This document shows, piece by piece, positions 17,745-26,739 of a DNA stretch of 37,987 nucleotides. Under the pieces are notes generated by a model that saw only the letters and a list, made by a program, of their open reading frames with translations, was not told the DNA's origin and did not search any database. The stretch is from Myxococcota bacterium (GTDB lineage: Bacteria; Myxococcota_C; UBA6777). The DNA lies in the NCBI GenBank assembly GCA_023150835.1, contig JAKLKB010000077.1, positions 1 through 37,987 on the forward strand, in the 5' to 3' direction. Position 1 is the first letter of the stretch. The number at the start of each line of letters is the position of its first letter. A program made the position numbers and the translations under genes.

Positions 17745-18935
17745 TCAATCTGCGCCCCACATCTTCGGAAGATACGGCGATTCTTTTGGTGATGCAACGG
17801 ATTCTTCGGTCACATCGGGCATCTCAAACGTCCAGATCAACCGCAACACCGACACCACATAATTCAGGAGCATCACTCCCCCGCAGATCAAGGCGATCGT
17901 CAAAAACACCTTCGCCATGTAAGGCACACTCCAGCCAAAATCCGCGTACAACCGATTGAGATCGCCCCCCGCATCCTCTCGACCGTGCATCGCTGTCCCA
18001 AACGGAGCCAAACGCGGATTGTACAAGATACCCCGCCATTGGAACGAAGCCGCCAAGAACGCGTACATGGCCACAGGCAGCGCAAAAAACCGTAGCACCG
18101 ACCAGTACAAACGCTGCGGCAACTCGTAATGAAATGCCACGATCACCAGCGCAGAGAGATAAAATTCCCCGCCGATCCCGCCAAAAAAAAACAGCTTTTC
18201 ATACGTCCGTGTGGACAACACAAAAGTGAAGATCCCTTGCAAACACAACAGTATCCCCGCCACCACGGGCATAAAATACCGACGCTCCCGCACGCCCGCC
18301 CAGATCATCACACCCAACAAAAAAGCCACGCAGATCCCCGCAACCACCGACGGATGCAAACTCACATTCGTCCACAAGATAAACGGCGTGGCGCGGCGAC
18401 TTGTCAGCCAACCGATCACTGCATGTCCCATCTCGTGAAAAAACACTCGCGCAGGCCCAAGCAGCGGCACGACAAACCCCACCATCGCCAACAACAACGC
18501 AACCATCGGAACCACCGTTTGGATCGCGATCTCTAACGCACGCTCTTGCACCGTAAAATATGCAGCCGTCTTCGACCCGACCCACGGGCGTAATCCCGCG
18601 CCCTGCAAGATCAGATCAACCTTCGCGATGATCTGCGCCCCCAAACTGCGCGTCTCCCCCCTCTGCCTGTCTGTAGGCGCATCAATAGACGCAGCGGAAG
18701 CCCCAGCGATCCCTTGCCTTGGGAGAGATGCGTCTTGCATCGACCCATCCTCCCGCTGTTTGTACTTCGCAAAGATCAGCCCACAACGTAAACAATCCAC
18801 AGCCCCCAATACCGACGCCACGCCACATCGCGGGCAATGCGAAAAAGAAGCTCCGCTCTCCTGTTCTACGCGCATACACCTCGTCTCCCTCACTAATTTT
18901 TCAAACAAGCCACTCTGTCGCTTGGGCGTCTGCAA
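17745..18935 (-). CDS. Membrane protein with N-terminal zinc ribbon and M50-like HExxH motif
   Basis: CPRC...CLRC; FFHEMGH within a TM region; a distal GGD; multiple TM segments. Start uncertain (18935 or 18875). Confidence 0.72.
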   Translation of the reverse strand: MQTPKRQSGLFEKLVRETRCMRVEQESGASFSHCPRCGVASVLGAVDCLRCGLIFAKYKQREDGSMQDASLPRQGIAGASAASIDAPTDRQRGETRSLGAQIIAKVDLILQGAGLRPWVGSKTAAYFTVQERALEIAIQTVVPMVALLLAMVGFVVPLLGPARVFFHEMGHAVIGWLTSRRATPFILWTNVSLHPSVVAGICVAFLLGVMIWAGVRERRYFMPVVAGILLCLQGIFTFVLSTRTYEKLFFFGGIGGEFYLSALVIVAFHYELPQRLYWSVLRFFALPVAMYAFLAASFQWRGILYNPRLAPFGTAMHGREDAGGDLNRLYADFGWSVPYMAKVFLTIALICGGVMLLNYVVSVLRLIWTFEMPDVTEESVASPKESPYLPKMWGAD

Positions 18936-18961
18936 ACACGGGCTTTTCCACTAGGCGGGAT

Positions 18962-19735
18962 CTAACCGAGATCAAACAGCCCACCCAGCCGCCGTTTTGC
19001 CTTCATTGCGAGATAAAAATCATCCCGCGTCTGCGCTTTCTTGAGATTGTAGGCATCGAGGATACGGTCTGAAAAACAATCCGCCGGTACCACATACACA
19101 GTCTCTGTTTGCTTGGCTTCCCAAGCAAAAAATTCATGCAACACCAGCGCCCACCCCTCAAAAAGCGCCTGAAAGCGCGCAAACGAATCGATCGCTCGGT
19201 GTGGCGTGTACATCTGTTGCTCGCTCAGATCGCAGATGTCTTTTTGGCCGCTCTGTTCGTTCGTTTGCCATCGGATGATCCGCATGGTCACTTTGGGGAT
19301 ATCCGCAAATCGTTTTTCCCACTCCATCACCAAACCCCCGTTCTGATCGGGTGGCTCTTCGGGAACCCACGTCAACTCCAAATTCCCTGCATGGATCGGC
19401 AATAACGCCGCAAGAAAATAATCCCGAAACGCCACCAACCGTTGATTCGGATCATCGAGCGCGTAGCTATCTGGATCGCTTTTTCCCCAAGGTGGGGGCC
19501 CATCCAACCCAGATGCCTCGTACCAACCGATCAGAGCCGCAGGATCGTAATCTTCCTCCTCTGCGGCTCTTCCCTTGGTCGCGTCTTCTCCGTGCTTCGA
19601 TGCGTTATGGGTTCCTTCGTCCTTGGTCGCGTCCCCCCCATACTTCGATGTATCTTCCGCACTCTCCGATGCTTTCGGACGATGCTTGGCATCTTTGGCT
19701 TGGGTGAACTCGTCTCGTTCGATGACAGAGGCCAT
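18962..19735 (-). CDS. Hypothetical protein
   Basis: 257-aa ORF with GAGGAG RBS, acidic N-terminus with a 16-aa duplication (SKYGGDATK/SKHGEDATK) and a globular-looking C-terminus. Confidence 0.7.
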   Translation of the reverse strand: MASVIERDEFTQAKDAKHRPKASESAEDTSKYGGDATKDEGTHNASKHGEDATKGRAAEEEDYDPAALIGWYEASGLDGPPPWGKSDPDSYALDDPNQRLVAFRDYFLAALLPIHAGNLELTWVPEEPPDQNGGLVMEWEKRFADIPKVTMRIIRWQTNEQSGQKDICDLSEQQMYTPHRAIDSFARFQALFEGWALVLHEFFAWEAKQTETVYVVPADCFSDRILDAYNLKKAQTRDDFYLAMKAKRRLGGLFDLG

Positions 19736-19749
19736 CGTGTTTGCTCCTC

Positions 19750-20436
19750 TTAGGGCTTACGCAGTTGACAAAAAACCCGTGTTCGCACTCGTCCAAGCGA
19801 GAGCGTCGTTGGTTTGGAAAGCAGTGATCTTTTCGGCAAACACGGGGTCAAGGGAGCCGCGCTCCCTTGCGGGGCGTGGGGTGGAGCCCCACAACACAAG
19901 CCCATCTGCGCAAGTCCTCTCCTTTGTGAAGTGATCTCGCTGCTTTCGGCGGCTTGCGAAGCGCTCTCGGCGGCTTGCGGAACAAGGCGGTGCGTCATCA
20001 AAAAATACCGAGAGCGCGGTACAAAGCCGCTGCGCTGATACAACCGCTGTGCCTGCGGATCATCTTGGCGCACTTCGAGGTGCATCGCAAATACGCCCAA
20101 CGCCCGCGCTTCTTCCGTCAACAGCCACAACGCCATCCCTCCGATCCCTTTCCCCCGATAATCCGGCCACAAAAACACTTCATCCACAAAAGCATCTCGT
20201 CCGCCAAACTCCAAACTATAGCCAAAGGCCAGCACCAGATAACCGACCACGCGCTCCCCTTGTGCGATCAACCAGATCGCAGCAGGGCCTTCTTCACGCA
20301 AACACGGTTCCAACGCACAACGGCGGCTCTCTTCTGTGTGCTTGATCCCAAACAGCGTATGGAAGGCTTCCACCATCGGCAACAACACCTCAAGATCCGT
20401 TTTCTTTGCACGCACCAAGTGGATTCTCTCTGTCAC
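19750..20436 (-). CDS. GNAT N-acetyltransferase with R1-derived C-terminal tail
   Basis: YSLEFGGRDAFVDEVFL, YRGKGIG (acetyl-CoA motif A), LEV...AQRLYQRSGF; AAGGAG RBS before GTG. Confidence 0.88.
   Translation of the reverse strand: MTERIHLVRAKKTDLEVLLPMVEAFHTLFGIKHTEESRRCALEPCLREEGPAAIWLIAQGERVVGYLVLAFGYSLEFGGRDAFVDEVFLWPDYRGKGIGGMALWLLTEEARALGVFAMHLEVRQDDPQAQRLYQRSGFVPRSRYFLMTHRLVPQAAESASQAAESSEITSQRRGLAQMGLCCGAPPHAPQGSAAPLTPCLPKRSLLSKPTTLSLGRVRTRVFCQLRKP
19759..19900 (+). repeat. Repeat family R1, copy C (3' end of the GNAT CDS)
   Basis: GCAGTTGACAAAAAACCCGTGTTCGC...GTCCAAGCG...GGTTTGGAAA...TGATCTTTTCGGCAAACACGGGGTCAAGGGAGCCGCGCTCCCTTGCGGGGCGTGGGGTGGAGCCCCACAACAC. Confidence 0.9.
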
Positions 20437-20458
20437 CCGATATCTCCTTAAAACTGTG

Positions 20459-20501
20459 TTTGATGCAGATCAAAAGCATCGTGGCGGATCTTCGATAGCC
20501 T
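20459..20501 (+). promoter_or_regulatory. FNR/Crp-family binding site with candidate -10 for nifJ
   Basis: TTGAT-GCAG-ATCAA (20460-20473) is an exact match to TTGAT-N4-ATCAA. TAGCCT at 20496-20501 would place the box centre at about -41.5. Confidence 0.8.
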
Positions 20502-20543
20502 GTCTTGGTTTGTACGACAAGAAGGCACCAAAAGGAGCGCAAG

Positions 20544-23500
20544 ATGAGCCACGACGAACGCTACGCTACGATGGACGGCAACGAAGCCGCCGCAGAGATC
20601 GCCTACAAATGCAACGAAGTGATCGCGATCTATCCGATCACGCCGTCTTCTGCAATGGGGGAATTTGCCGATACATGGGCTTCTGAAGGGCAAACCAATC
20701 TTTGGGGAGAGATCCCTCGCATCCAAGAGATGCAAAGCGAAGGAGGGGCCGCAGGCGCAGTACACGGCGCGCTCCAAGCAGGCGCGCTCACGACGACATT
20801 TACTGCCAGCCAAGGGCTGCTTTTGATGTTGCCCAACATGTTTAAGATCGCAGGTGAGCTGACCAGCGCCGTCTTTCACATCGCAGCACGCGCCATCGCC
20901 ACGCACGCCCTTTCGATCTTTGGCGATCACAGCGACGTGATGGCCGCTCGCTCGACTGCGTGGCCGATGTTGTTTTCAGGCTCCGTCCAAGAAGTCCATG
21001 ACATGGCCTTGATCGCACAAGCCAGCACCCTCAAAAGCCGACTTCCTTTTATGCACATCTTCGACGGCTTTCGCACTTCCCACGAAGTCATGAAGATCGA
21101 ACGCATCCGCGATGAGATCATCCGACAGATGATCGATCCCGCTGATATCGCCGCTCATCGACAACGCGCCCTCTCCCCCGAACATCCTGTGCTACGCGGA
21201 ACCGCCCAAAATCCCGACGTATTCTTTCAAAGCCGAGAGGCCGCCAACCGCTTTTATGCACAAACGCCCGCCATCGTGCAGTCTGCAATGGATCGTTTCG
21301 CTGCGCTGACAGGCCGTTCCTATCGGCTTTTTGATTACGTCGGACACCCACAACCCGACCGCGTCTTGGTGATCATGGGCTCTGGCGCAGAAACCGCCGA
21401 AGAAACCATCACCGCCCTCAACCAACAAGGCGATACTGTCGGCCTGATCAAGGTTCGCTTGTTTCAACCTTTTTCGATCCAGCACCTGCTTTCCGTCTTG
21501 CCCCAAAGCGTCCAAAGCATCGCTGTACTCGATCGCACCAAAGAACCCGCTGCTGTAGGTGAACCGCTTTATGAAAGCGTGGTCTCTGCCCTCGTTGAGG
21601 CCACACAATCCGAGCAACGCGAGCGCCTTCCCAAGATCGTCGGGGGTCGTTATGGCCTTGGTTCCAAAGAATTCACGCCTCGGATGGTCAAGGCTGTCTT
21701 GGAAGAAGCCCGACAAACCAAGCCCAAACGCCACTTTAGCGTCGGTATCCTCGACGACGTCACACACAACAGCCTCGTCGAAGACCCTCACTTCACCCCC
21801 CCCGAACAAGACATCACCCAAGCCATCTTTTGGGGCCTTGGTTCGGACGGAACGGTCGGCGCAAACAAAAACTCGATCAAGATCATCGGCGAAGCCACCG
21901 ACCTCTACGCCCAAGCCTACTTTGTTTACGACTCCAAAAAGTCGGGCGCTCGGACGATATCACACTTACGCTTTGGCAAGCAGCCGATCAAAAGCACTTA
22001 TCTGATCGAGCAAGCAGACTTTCTTGGCGTCCATCAGTTCGGACAGATCGAGCGTTTTCCGATCCTCGATTATGCCAAAAAAGGGGCCACCCTCCTGCTC
22101 AACAGCCCCTATGGTCCCGAAGCGATCTGGGAACAACTCCCTCGCCCCGTCCAACAACAGATGATCGATCGGCAGATCCGCTTTTATGTGATCGACGGCT
22201 ACCAGATCGCCCAATCACTCGGCCTTGGCAATCGCATCAATACCATCATGCAAGCCTGCTTCTTTGCCCTCTGCCCGATCTTGCCCCTCGAAGACGCCAT
22301 CCAACGCATCAAAGACGCCATCCAAAAAACCTACGGAAAACGCGGCGCTTTTGTGCTGCGCAAAAACGAACAAGCCGTAGACAACGCGCTCTCCGCGCTT
22401 CATCCTGTGCCGCTGCCCGACGCTCCTTCTTCACAAAAGACCCTTCCTCCCGCCGTCTCGCCACGCGCTCCCCAATTTGTCCAAGAAGTCCTTGCACCCA
22501 TGATCGCAGGGCAAGGCGACCAACTCCCCGTCAGCGCCCTTCCGATCGACGGCACCTATCCTCTGAGTACCGCGCAATGGGAAAAACGCGGCCTCGCCCT
22601 TTCTACGCCCGTTTGGGAAGAAGACCTGTGTATCCAATGCGGGAAATGCGTGATCGTTTGCCCTCACTCCGTCATCCGCGCCAAACGCTACGATGCCTCG
22701 GCCCTCGCCAACGCTCCCGAAGGCTTTAAAAGCACAAAAGCCCGTTGGAAGGAGGCTGCCACACAACTTTACACGCTCGCCGTCTCCACCGAAGACTGTA
22801 CGGGCTGCACTCTTTGCGTCGAGATCTGTCCCGTCAAAGACAAAAGCAAAGTCAGCCGAAAAGCCATCAACATGGAGCCTTTGCGCGAGCGACGCGACCA
22901 AGCCCGCCAACAATGGGAGTTTTTTGAAACCCTCCCCGAAACTCCCCGCCATCTCCTCCACCACAACAAAGTCAAAGATGTCCAACTTCTCGAACCGCTC
23001 TTTGAATTCTCGGGTGCATGCGCAGGTTGTGGCGAAACCCCGTACCTCCATCTGCTCAGCCAGCTTTTTGGCGATCGCTCCGTGATCGCCAACGCAACGG
23101 GATGTTCGAGCATCTACGGTGGAAACTTACCCACCACTCCTTGGCGCACCAACTCCGCAGGACGCGGCCCTGCATGGAGCAACTCGCTGTTTGAAGACAA
23201 CGCCGAATTTGGCCTTGGGATGCGCCTCGCCATCGACCAACAAGCCGCTTATGCACAACAGCTTGTCAAACAACTCACCGCCCCCCTTGGCGACTCGCTT
23301 GCAGAAGCCTTGCTTGCTCCCCAAGATCGAGACGATCCATCCATCGACGCCCAACGAGAGCGTGTCGCCCTGCTCAAACAACGGCTGCACGGGCGAGATG
23401 ACATGGCTTCCCGCGATCTGCTCAGTGTCGCCGATGCCTTGATCCCACGCGATGTCTGGATCGTCGGAGGCGACGGATGGGCCTATGATATCGGATTTGG

Positions 23501-24122
23501 TGGACTCGATCATGTCCTTTCTTCGGGCCTCAATATCAATGTTCTTGTGCTCGACACCGAGGTCTACTCCAACACAGGCGGCCAATCCTCCAAGTCCACA
23601 CCACGCGGAGCCGTCGCCAAGTTCGCCGCAGCAGGCAAACGTACCCCCAAAAAAGACCTTGGGATGCTCGCCATGAGCTATCGCTCGATCTACGTCGCCA
23701 GCATCGCGATGGGAGCGGACGAATCACACACCCTCAAAGCCTTCCGCGAAGCCGAAGCCTACAACGGCCCCTCGTTGATCCTCGCCTACAGCCCGTGCAT
23801 TGCGCATGGCATCGACATGACCCGCGTACTCGAACAACAGCAACTCGCCGTCAGTTCGGGATATTGGTTGTTGTATCGCTTCGACCCCACCTTGATCAAC
23901 CAACACCAAGCCCCTTTGCAACTCGACTCCAAAGCCCCCAGCACTCCGCTCAAACAGTACCTTTACAACGAGCTACGCTACCGTATGCTCACGCAAAGCC
24001 ACCCCGACACCGCAGCCCTCCTGCTGCGCGAGCTTGAAGCCGATATCCAAGATCGGTGGACTCGCTACGCCCAACTCGCCCAAGAGGTCACACAGCCCAC
24101 CTCCCCATCAACCCCCGCATAA
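20544..24122 (+). CDS. nifJ: Pyruvate:ferredoxin (flavodoxin) oxidoreductase
   Basis: YPITPSS, EMQSEGGAAG, GLGSDGTVGANK, two ferredoxin motifs (CIQCGKCVIVCP, CTGCTLCVEICP), GACAGCGE, GGDGWAYDIG; AAGGAG RBS. Confidence 0.97.
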   Translation: MSHDERYATMDGNEAAAEIAYKCNEVIAIYPITPSSAMGEFADTWASEGQTNLWGEIPRIQEMQSEGGAAGAVHGALQAGALTTTFTASQGLLLMLPNMFKIAGELTSAVFHIAARAIATHALSIFGDHSDVMAARSTAWPMLFSGSVQEVHDMALIAQASTLKSRLPFMHIFDGFRTSHEVMKIERIRDEIIRQMIDPADIAAHRQRALSPEHPVLRGTAQNPDVFFQSREAANRFYAQTPAIVQSAMDRFAALTGRSYRLFDYVGHPQPDRVLVIMGSGAETAEETITALNQQGDTVGLIKVRLFQPFSIQHLLSVLPQSVQSIAVLDRTKEPAAVGEPLYESVVSALVEATQSEQRERLPKIVGGRYGLGSKEFTPRMVKAVLEEARQTKPKRHFSVGILDDVTHNSLVEDPHFTPPEQDITQAIFWGLGSDGTVGANKNSIKIIGEATDLYAQAYFVYDSKKSGARTISHLRFGKQPIKSTYLIEQADFLGVHQFGQIERFPILDYAKKGATLLLNSPYGPEAIWEQLPRPVQQQMIDRQIRFYVIDGYQIAQSLGLGNRINTIMQACFFALCPILPLEDAIQRIKDAIQKTYGKRGAFVLRKNEQAVDNALSALHPVPLPDAPSSQKTLPPAVSPRAPQFVQEVLAPMIAGQGDQLPVSALPIDGTYPLSTAQWEKRGLALSTPVWEEDLCIQCGKCVIVCPHSVIRAKRYDASALANAPEGFKSTKARWKEAATQLYTLAVSTEDCTGCTLCVEICPVKDKSKVSRKAINMEPLRERRDQARQQWEFFETLPETPRHLLHHNKVKDVQLLEPLFEFSGACAGCGETPYLHLLSQLFGDRSVIANATGCSSIYGGNLPTTPWRTNSAGRGPAWSNSLFEDNAEFGLGMRLAIDQQAAYAQQLVKQLTAPLGDSLAEALLAPQDRDDPSIDAQRERVALLKQRLHGRDDMASRDLLSVADALIPRDVWIVGGDGWAYDIGFGGLDHVLSSGLNINVLVLDTEVYSNTGGQSSKSTPRGAVAKFAAAGKRTPKKDLGMLAMSYRSIYVASIAMGADESHTLKAFREAEAYNGPSLILAYSPCIAHGIDMTRVLEQQQLAVSSGYWLLYRFDPTLINQHQAPLQLDSKAPSTPLKQYLYNELRYRMLTQSHPDTAALLLRELEADIQDRWTRYAQLAQEVTQPTSPSTPA

Positions 24123-24138
24123 TCGAGGAGAACAAGCG

Positions 24139-25152
24139 ATGGATCTCAAGACCAATTATCTTGGCATGACACTCAAGCACCCCCTTGTGCCCTCTGCTTC
24201 GCCGCTTTCGCATGACCTTGATGGCCTCCGACGCCTCGAAGATGCGGGCGCTTCCGCTGTCGTGATGTTTTCTCTCTTTGAAGAACAACTCCATCTCGAA
24301 TCCGAAGCCCTCCACAACCTGCTCGACTATGGCCGCGAAAGCGTCAGCGATGTCACTTCCTATTGGCGCGAACTTCCCAACTACGCGAGCGGTCCCGATC
24401 GATACCTCGAACTGATCAACAAAGCCAAAGAAACCCTCGAACTCCCGATCATCGGCAGTCTCAACTGCACCTCTCTCGGAGGATGGGTGGATTTTGCTGC
24501 GCTGATCCAAGAAGCGGGCGCAGACGCCCTCGAACTCAATCTCTATCACATCCCCACCAACCCAGAGGCCTCCGCCTCCGAACAAGAAGCCCAATACATC
24601 GAGATCATCAAAGCCATCCGTGCCCACGTCTCGATCCCGCTGGCCGTCAAGCTCCATCCGTTCTTTTCTTCTCTCCCTCACACCGCCCAACAGCTCGCAC
24701 AACACGGAGCCAACGGACTGGTCTTGTTCAACCGCTTTTACCAACCCGACTTTGATCTCGATACCCTCGATGTCGCCCCTCGTCTCGTCCTCAGCACTTC
24801 CGACGACCTGCGTTTGCCTTTGTGGTGGACCTCCATCCTTTACGCAAAGATCGAAGCGGATCTCGCCATCACCTCGGGCGTCCACAACCACCTCGACGTC
24901 CTCAAAGCCATGATGGCCGGTGCTTGTGTCGCCATGATGGCTTCGGAGCTTTTGCGTCATGGCCTTGGCCGCATCCCGATCATCCTCAACGACCTACAGC
25001 GCTGGATGGAAGAACACGAATACGAATCGATCCAACAAATGCAAGGCAGCATGAGTCACCACAACGTCCGTCAACCCCAAGCCTTCGAGCGTGTCAACTA
25101 CATGCGCGTCCTTCACTCCTACAACGAAGACCCCACTGGCCGCCTCTGGTAA
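24139..25152 (+). CDS. Dihydroorotate dehydrogenase-like FMN protein
   Basis: MDLKTNYLGMTLKHPLVPSASPL, SLFEEQ, GADALELN, PLAVKL, LVLFNRFYQPD, TSGVH; GAGGAG RBS 16 nt after the nifJ stop. Confidence 0.9.
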   Translation: MDLKTNYLGMTLKHPLVPSASPLSHDLDGLRRLEDAGASAVVMFSLFEEQLHLESEALHNLLDYGRESVSDVTSYWRELPNYASGPDRYLELINKAKETLELPIIGSLNCTSLGGWVDFAALIQEAGADALELNLYHIPTNPEASASEQEAQYIEIIKAIRAHVSIPLAVKLHPFFSSLPHTAQQLAQHGANGLVLFNRFYQPDFDLDTLDVAPRLVLSTSDDLRLPLWWTSILYAKIEADLAITSGVHNHLDVLKAMMAGACVAMMASELLRHGLGRIPIILNDLQRWMEEHEYESIQQMQGSMSHHNVRQPQAFERVNYMRVLHSYNEDPTGRLW

Positions 25153-25177
25153 AACTGTTGCTGTTTGGGAACAAACC

Positions 25178-25393
25178 TTGACCGGATCACTCACCAAGGC
25201 ATTGATGTGCGGGCAAAGTGCCGTTCAAAAACTCTACGACCAAAAAGATCCAGAGCTTACTTTTTTTCGTAATACCATTAGCGAATTAGTCGCCCACCCC
25301 TTCGAGGATCGCGCTGAAAAACAACTGTCGGTCCTCATCGACCTCATCCACTCCGCCCAAAAAAGCATTCAGATCTTGCGAGCCAAACATTAG
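25178..25393 (+). pseudogene. Possible short ORF or gene remnant
   Basis: About 70 open codons with protein-like helical content (FFRNTISELVAHPFEDRAEKQLSVLIDLIHSAQKSIQIL), but no clear RBS; the stop overlaps the convergent gene's stop. Confidence 0.25.
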
Positions 25394-26553
25394 CGCGTGG
25401 CTGCCTTCACGTTTTGATGATACACCAACATCTCCGCAGGATCGGTCGTGATCTGGCTGCCTGATTTGTGCGGCCACGGATCGTAGAGAGCATTTTCGCC
25501 GCTGCCTTTGCCATCGTTAAAGAACAAGGCAAAGTGATTGCCACCGCCGCTCCCGATAGTGTCCACCAATTTGATGTTCATCTGATCGAACATCCCCTTC
25601 AAAGGCTGCTCTTTGCCGAGATAAGCAACATCTGTGTCGATGTATTTCTTCATCGCCCCGACACTGATCGTCTCATTTTTGAAGTCGTAGCCTTCTTTTC
25701 TCTCCACTTGGCGTAGCTGTTTGTACACGATGGTTTTGAGATCAGCGAGGTCTTGTTGTGTGACGTTGTTGTTTTTAATTCGCTCTTTGATACCAGACAA
25801 TTTGTCAAATTCTGGAATCTTTGCATCCTTCCAAACGGTCCCTCCGAGGTGTTCGGGCGTAGCGTTTCCTCGATCTTCGATCACGCGCACGAGATCTTGG
25901 AGGCCCTTTTGACCGCCTTGAATCACAGCCCCTGCCACAAGACACGTTGCTCCACAACCATTGGCGTCTGACTCATTGCTGAACTTCGTGTCGTACTGTG
26001 TAAACCCCTTCAATGATTCCATGCGTGCGCTTTTGTCACCAAGCAAGTCGACTTTTTTGCTCATCTGATCGGCCGTCGGATTCAATTCGGAGCCTGTGAC
26101 GCCTTTCTTGTAAAAGCGATCTTCGACCGCACCGCTGGTGCCGGGCCCTGTGCCAAATCCGCCTTCTTGGTTTAGGCGTGCCTGTTGGAGAGAGCCTTGG
26201 ATGCCACCCGTCGGCACAAAAGAAGGTGCCGCAGCAGGGGCCGAAGCACCCGAAGAAAGCGGGAGATGTTGAACATGCGCGGATTTGAGATGTTGTTGGA
26301 GCCCTTGCGAAAGTTGCGTATCCCCTTTGGGCGCGGGGGCTTCTTGTGAAAAAGCTTGTGTTGCTTGACCGAGCAGTTGGGCTGCGGCCTGCGTTCCTTT
26401 GTCAAAAACAGATTGTAGGCGTGCTCCCAAAGAAGAGGAGGGCGCTGACGATGGAGTGGTCGTTTCTTGGGTGGCCTCCGACTTTTGCGGAGCTTGTGTA
26501 GACGAAGATTGCGGAGTGGTCGGGGGTTTGGGACGTTGATCAAAAATACGCAC
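25390..26553 (-). CDS. Hypothetical protein with low-complexity N-terminus and putative papain/C39-like Cys-His-Asp domain
   Basis: AAGGAG RBS and GTG start; motif order TQY...NGCGATCL...GNHFALF...LYDPW. Confidence 0.72.
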   Translation of the reverse strand: MRIFDQRPKPPTTPQSSSTQAPQKSEATQETTTPSSAPSSSLGARLQSVFDKGTQAAAQLLGQATQAFSQEAPAPKGDTQLSQGLQQHLKSAHVQHLPLSSGASAPAAAPSFVPTGGIQGSLQQARLNQEGGFGTGPGTSGAVEDRFYKKGVTGSELNPTADQMSKKVDLLGDKSARMESLKGFTQYDTKFSNESDANGCGATCLVAGAVIQGGQKGLQDLVRVIEDRGNATPEHLGGTVWKDAKIPEFDKLSGIKERIKNNNVTQQDLADLKTIVYKQLRQVERKEGYDFKNETISVGAMKKYIDTDVAYLGKEQPLKGMFDQMNIKLVDTIGSGGGNHFALFFNDGKGSGENALYDPWPHKSGSQITTDPAEMLVYHQNVKAATR

Positions 26554-26739
26554 AGTAGGACTCCTTTACGCACGTTTCGCAGCGTGCGATCACAAAACAC
26601 GCTGCATGGCTTCACATAGCATCGCGCCCTCCACCAAAAAGTTTCGAGATGTGCGCGGTATCACACGTTGTTGCGATCGTCGATGAAAAGGCGTGACGAT
26701 GCGCTCGACTTCGCAGGTCGCTCGCAACCGCATCACCCC

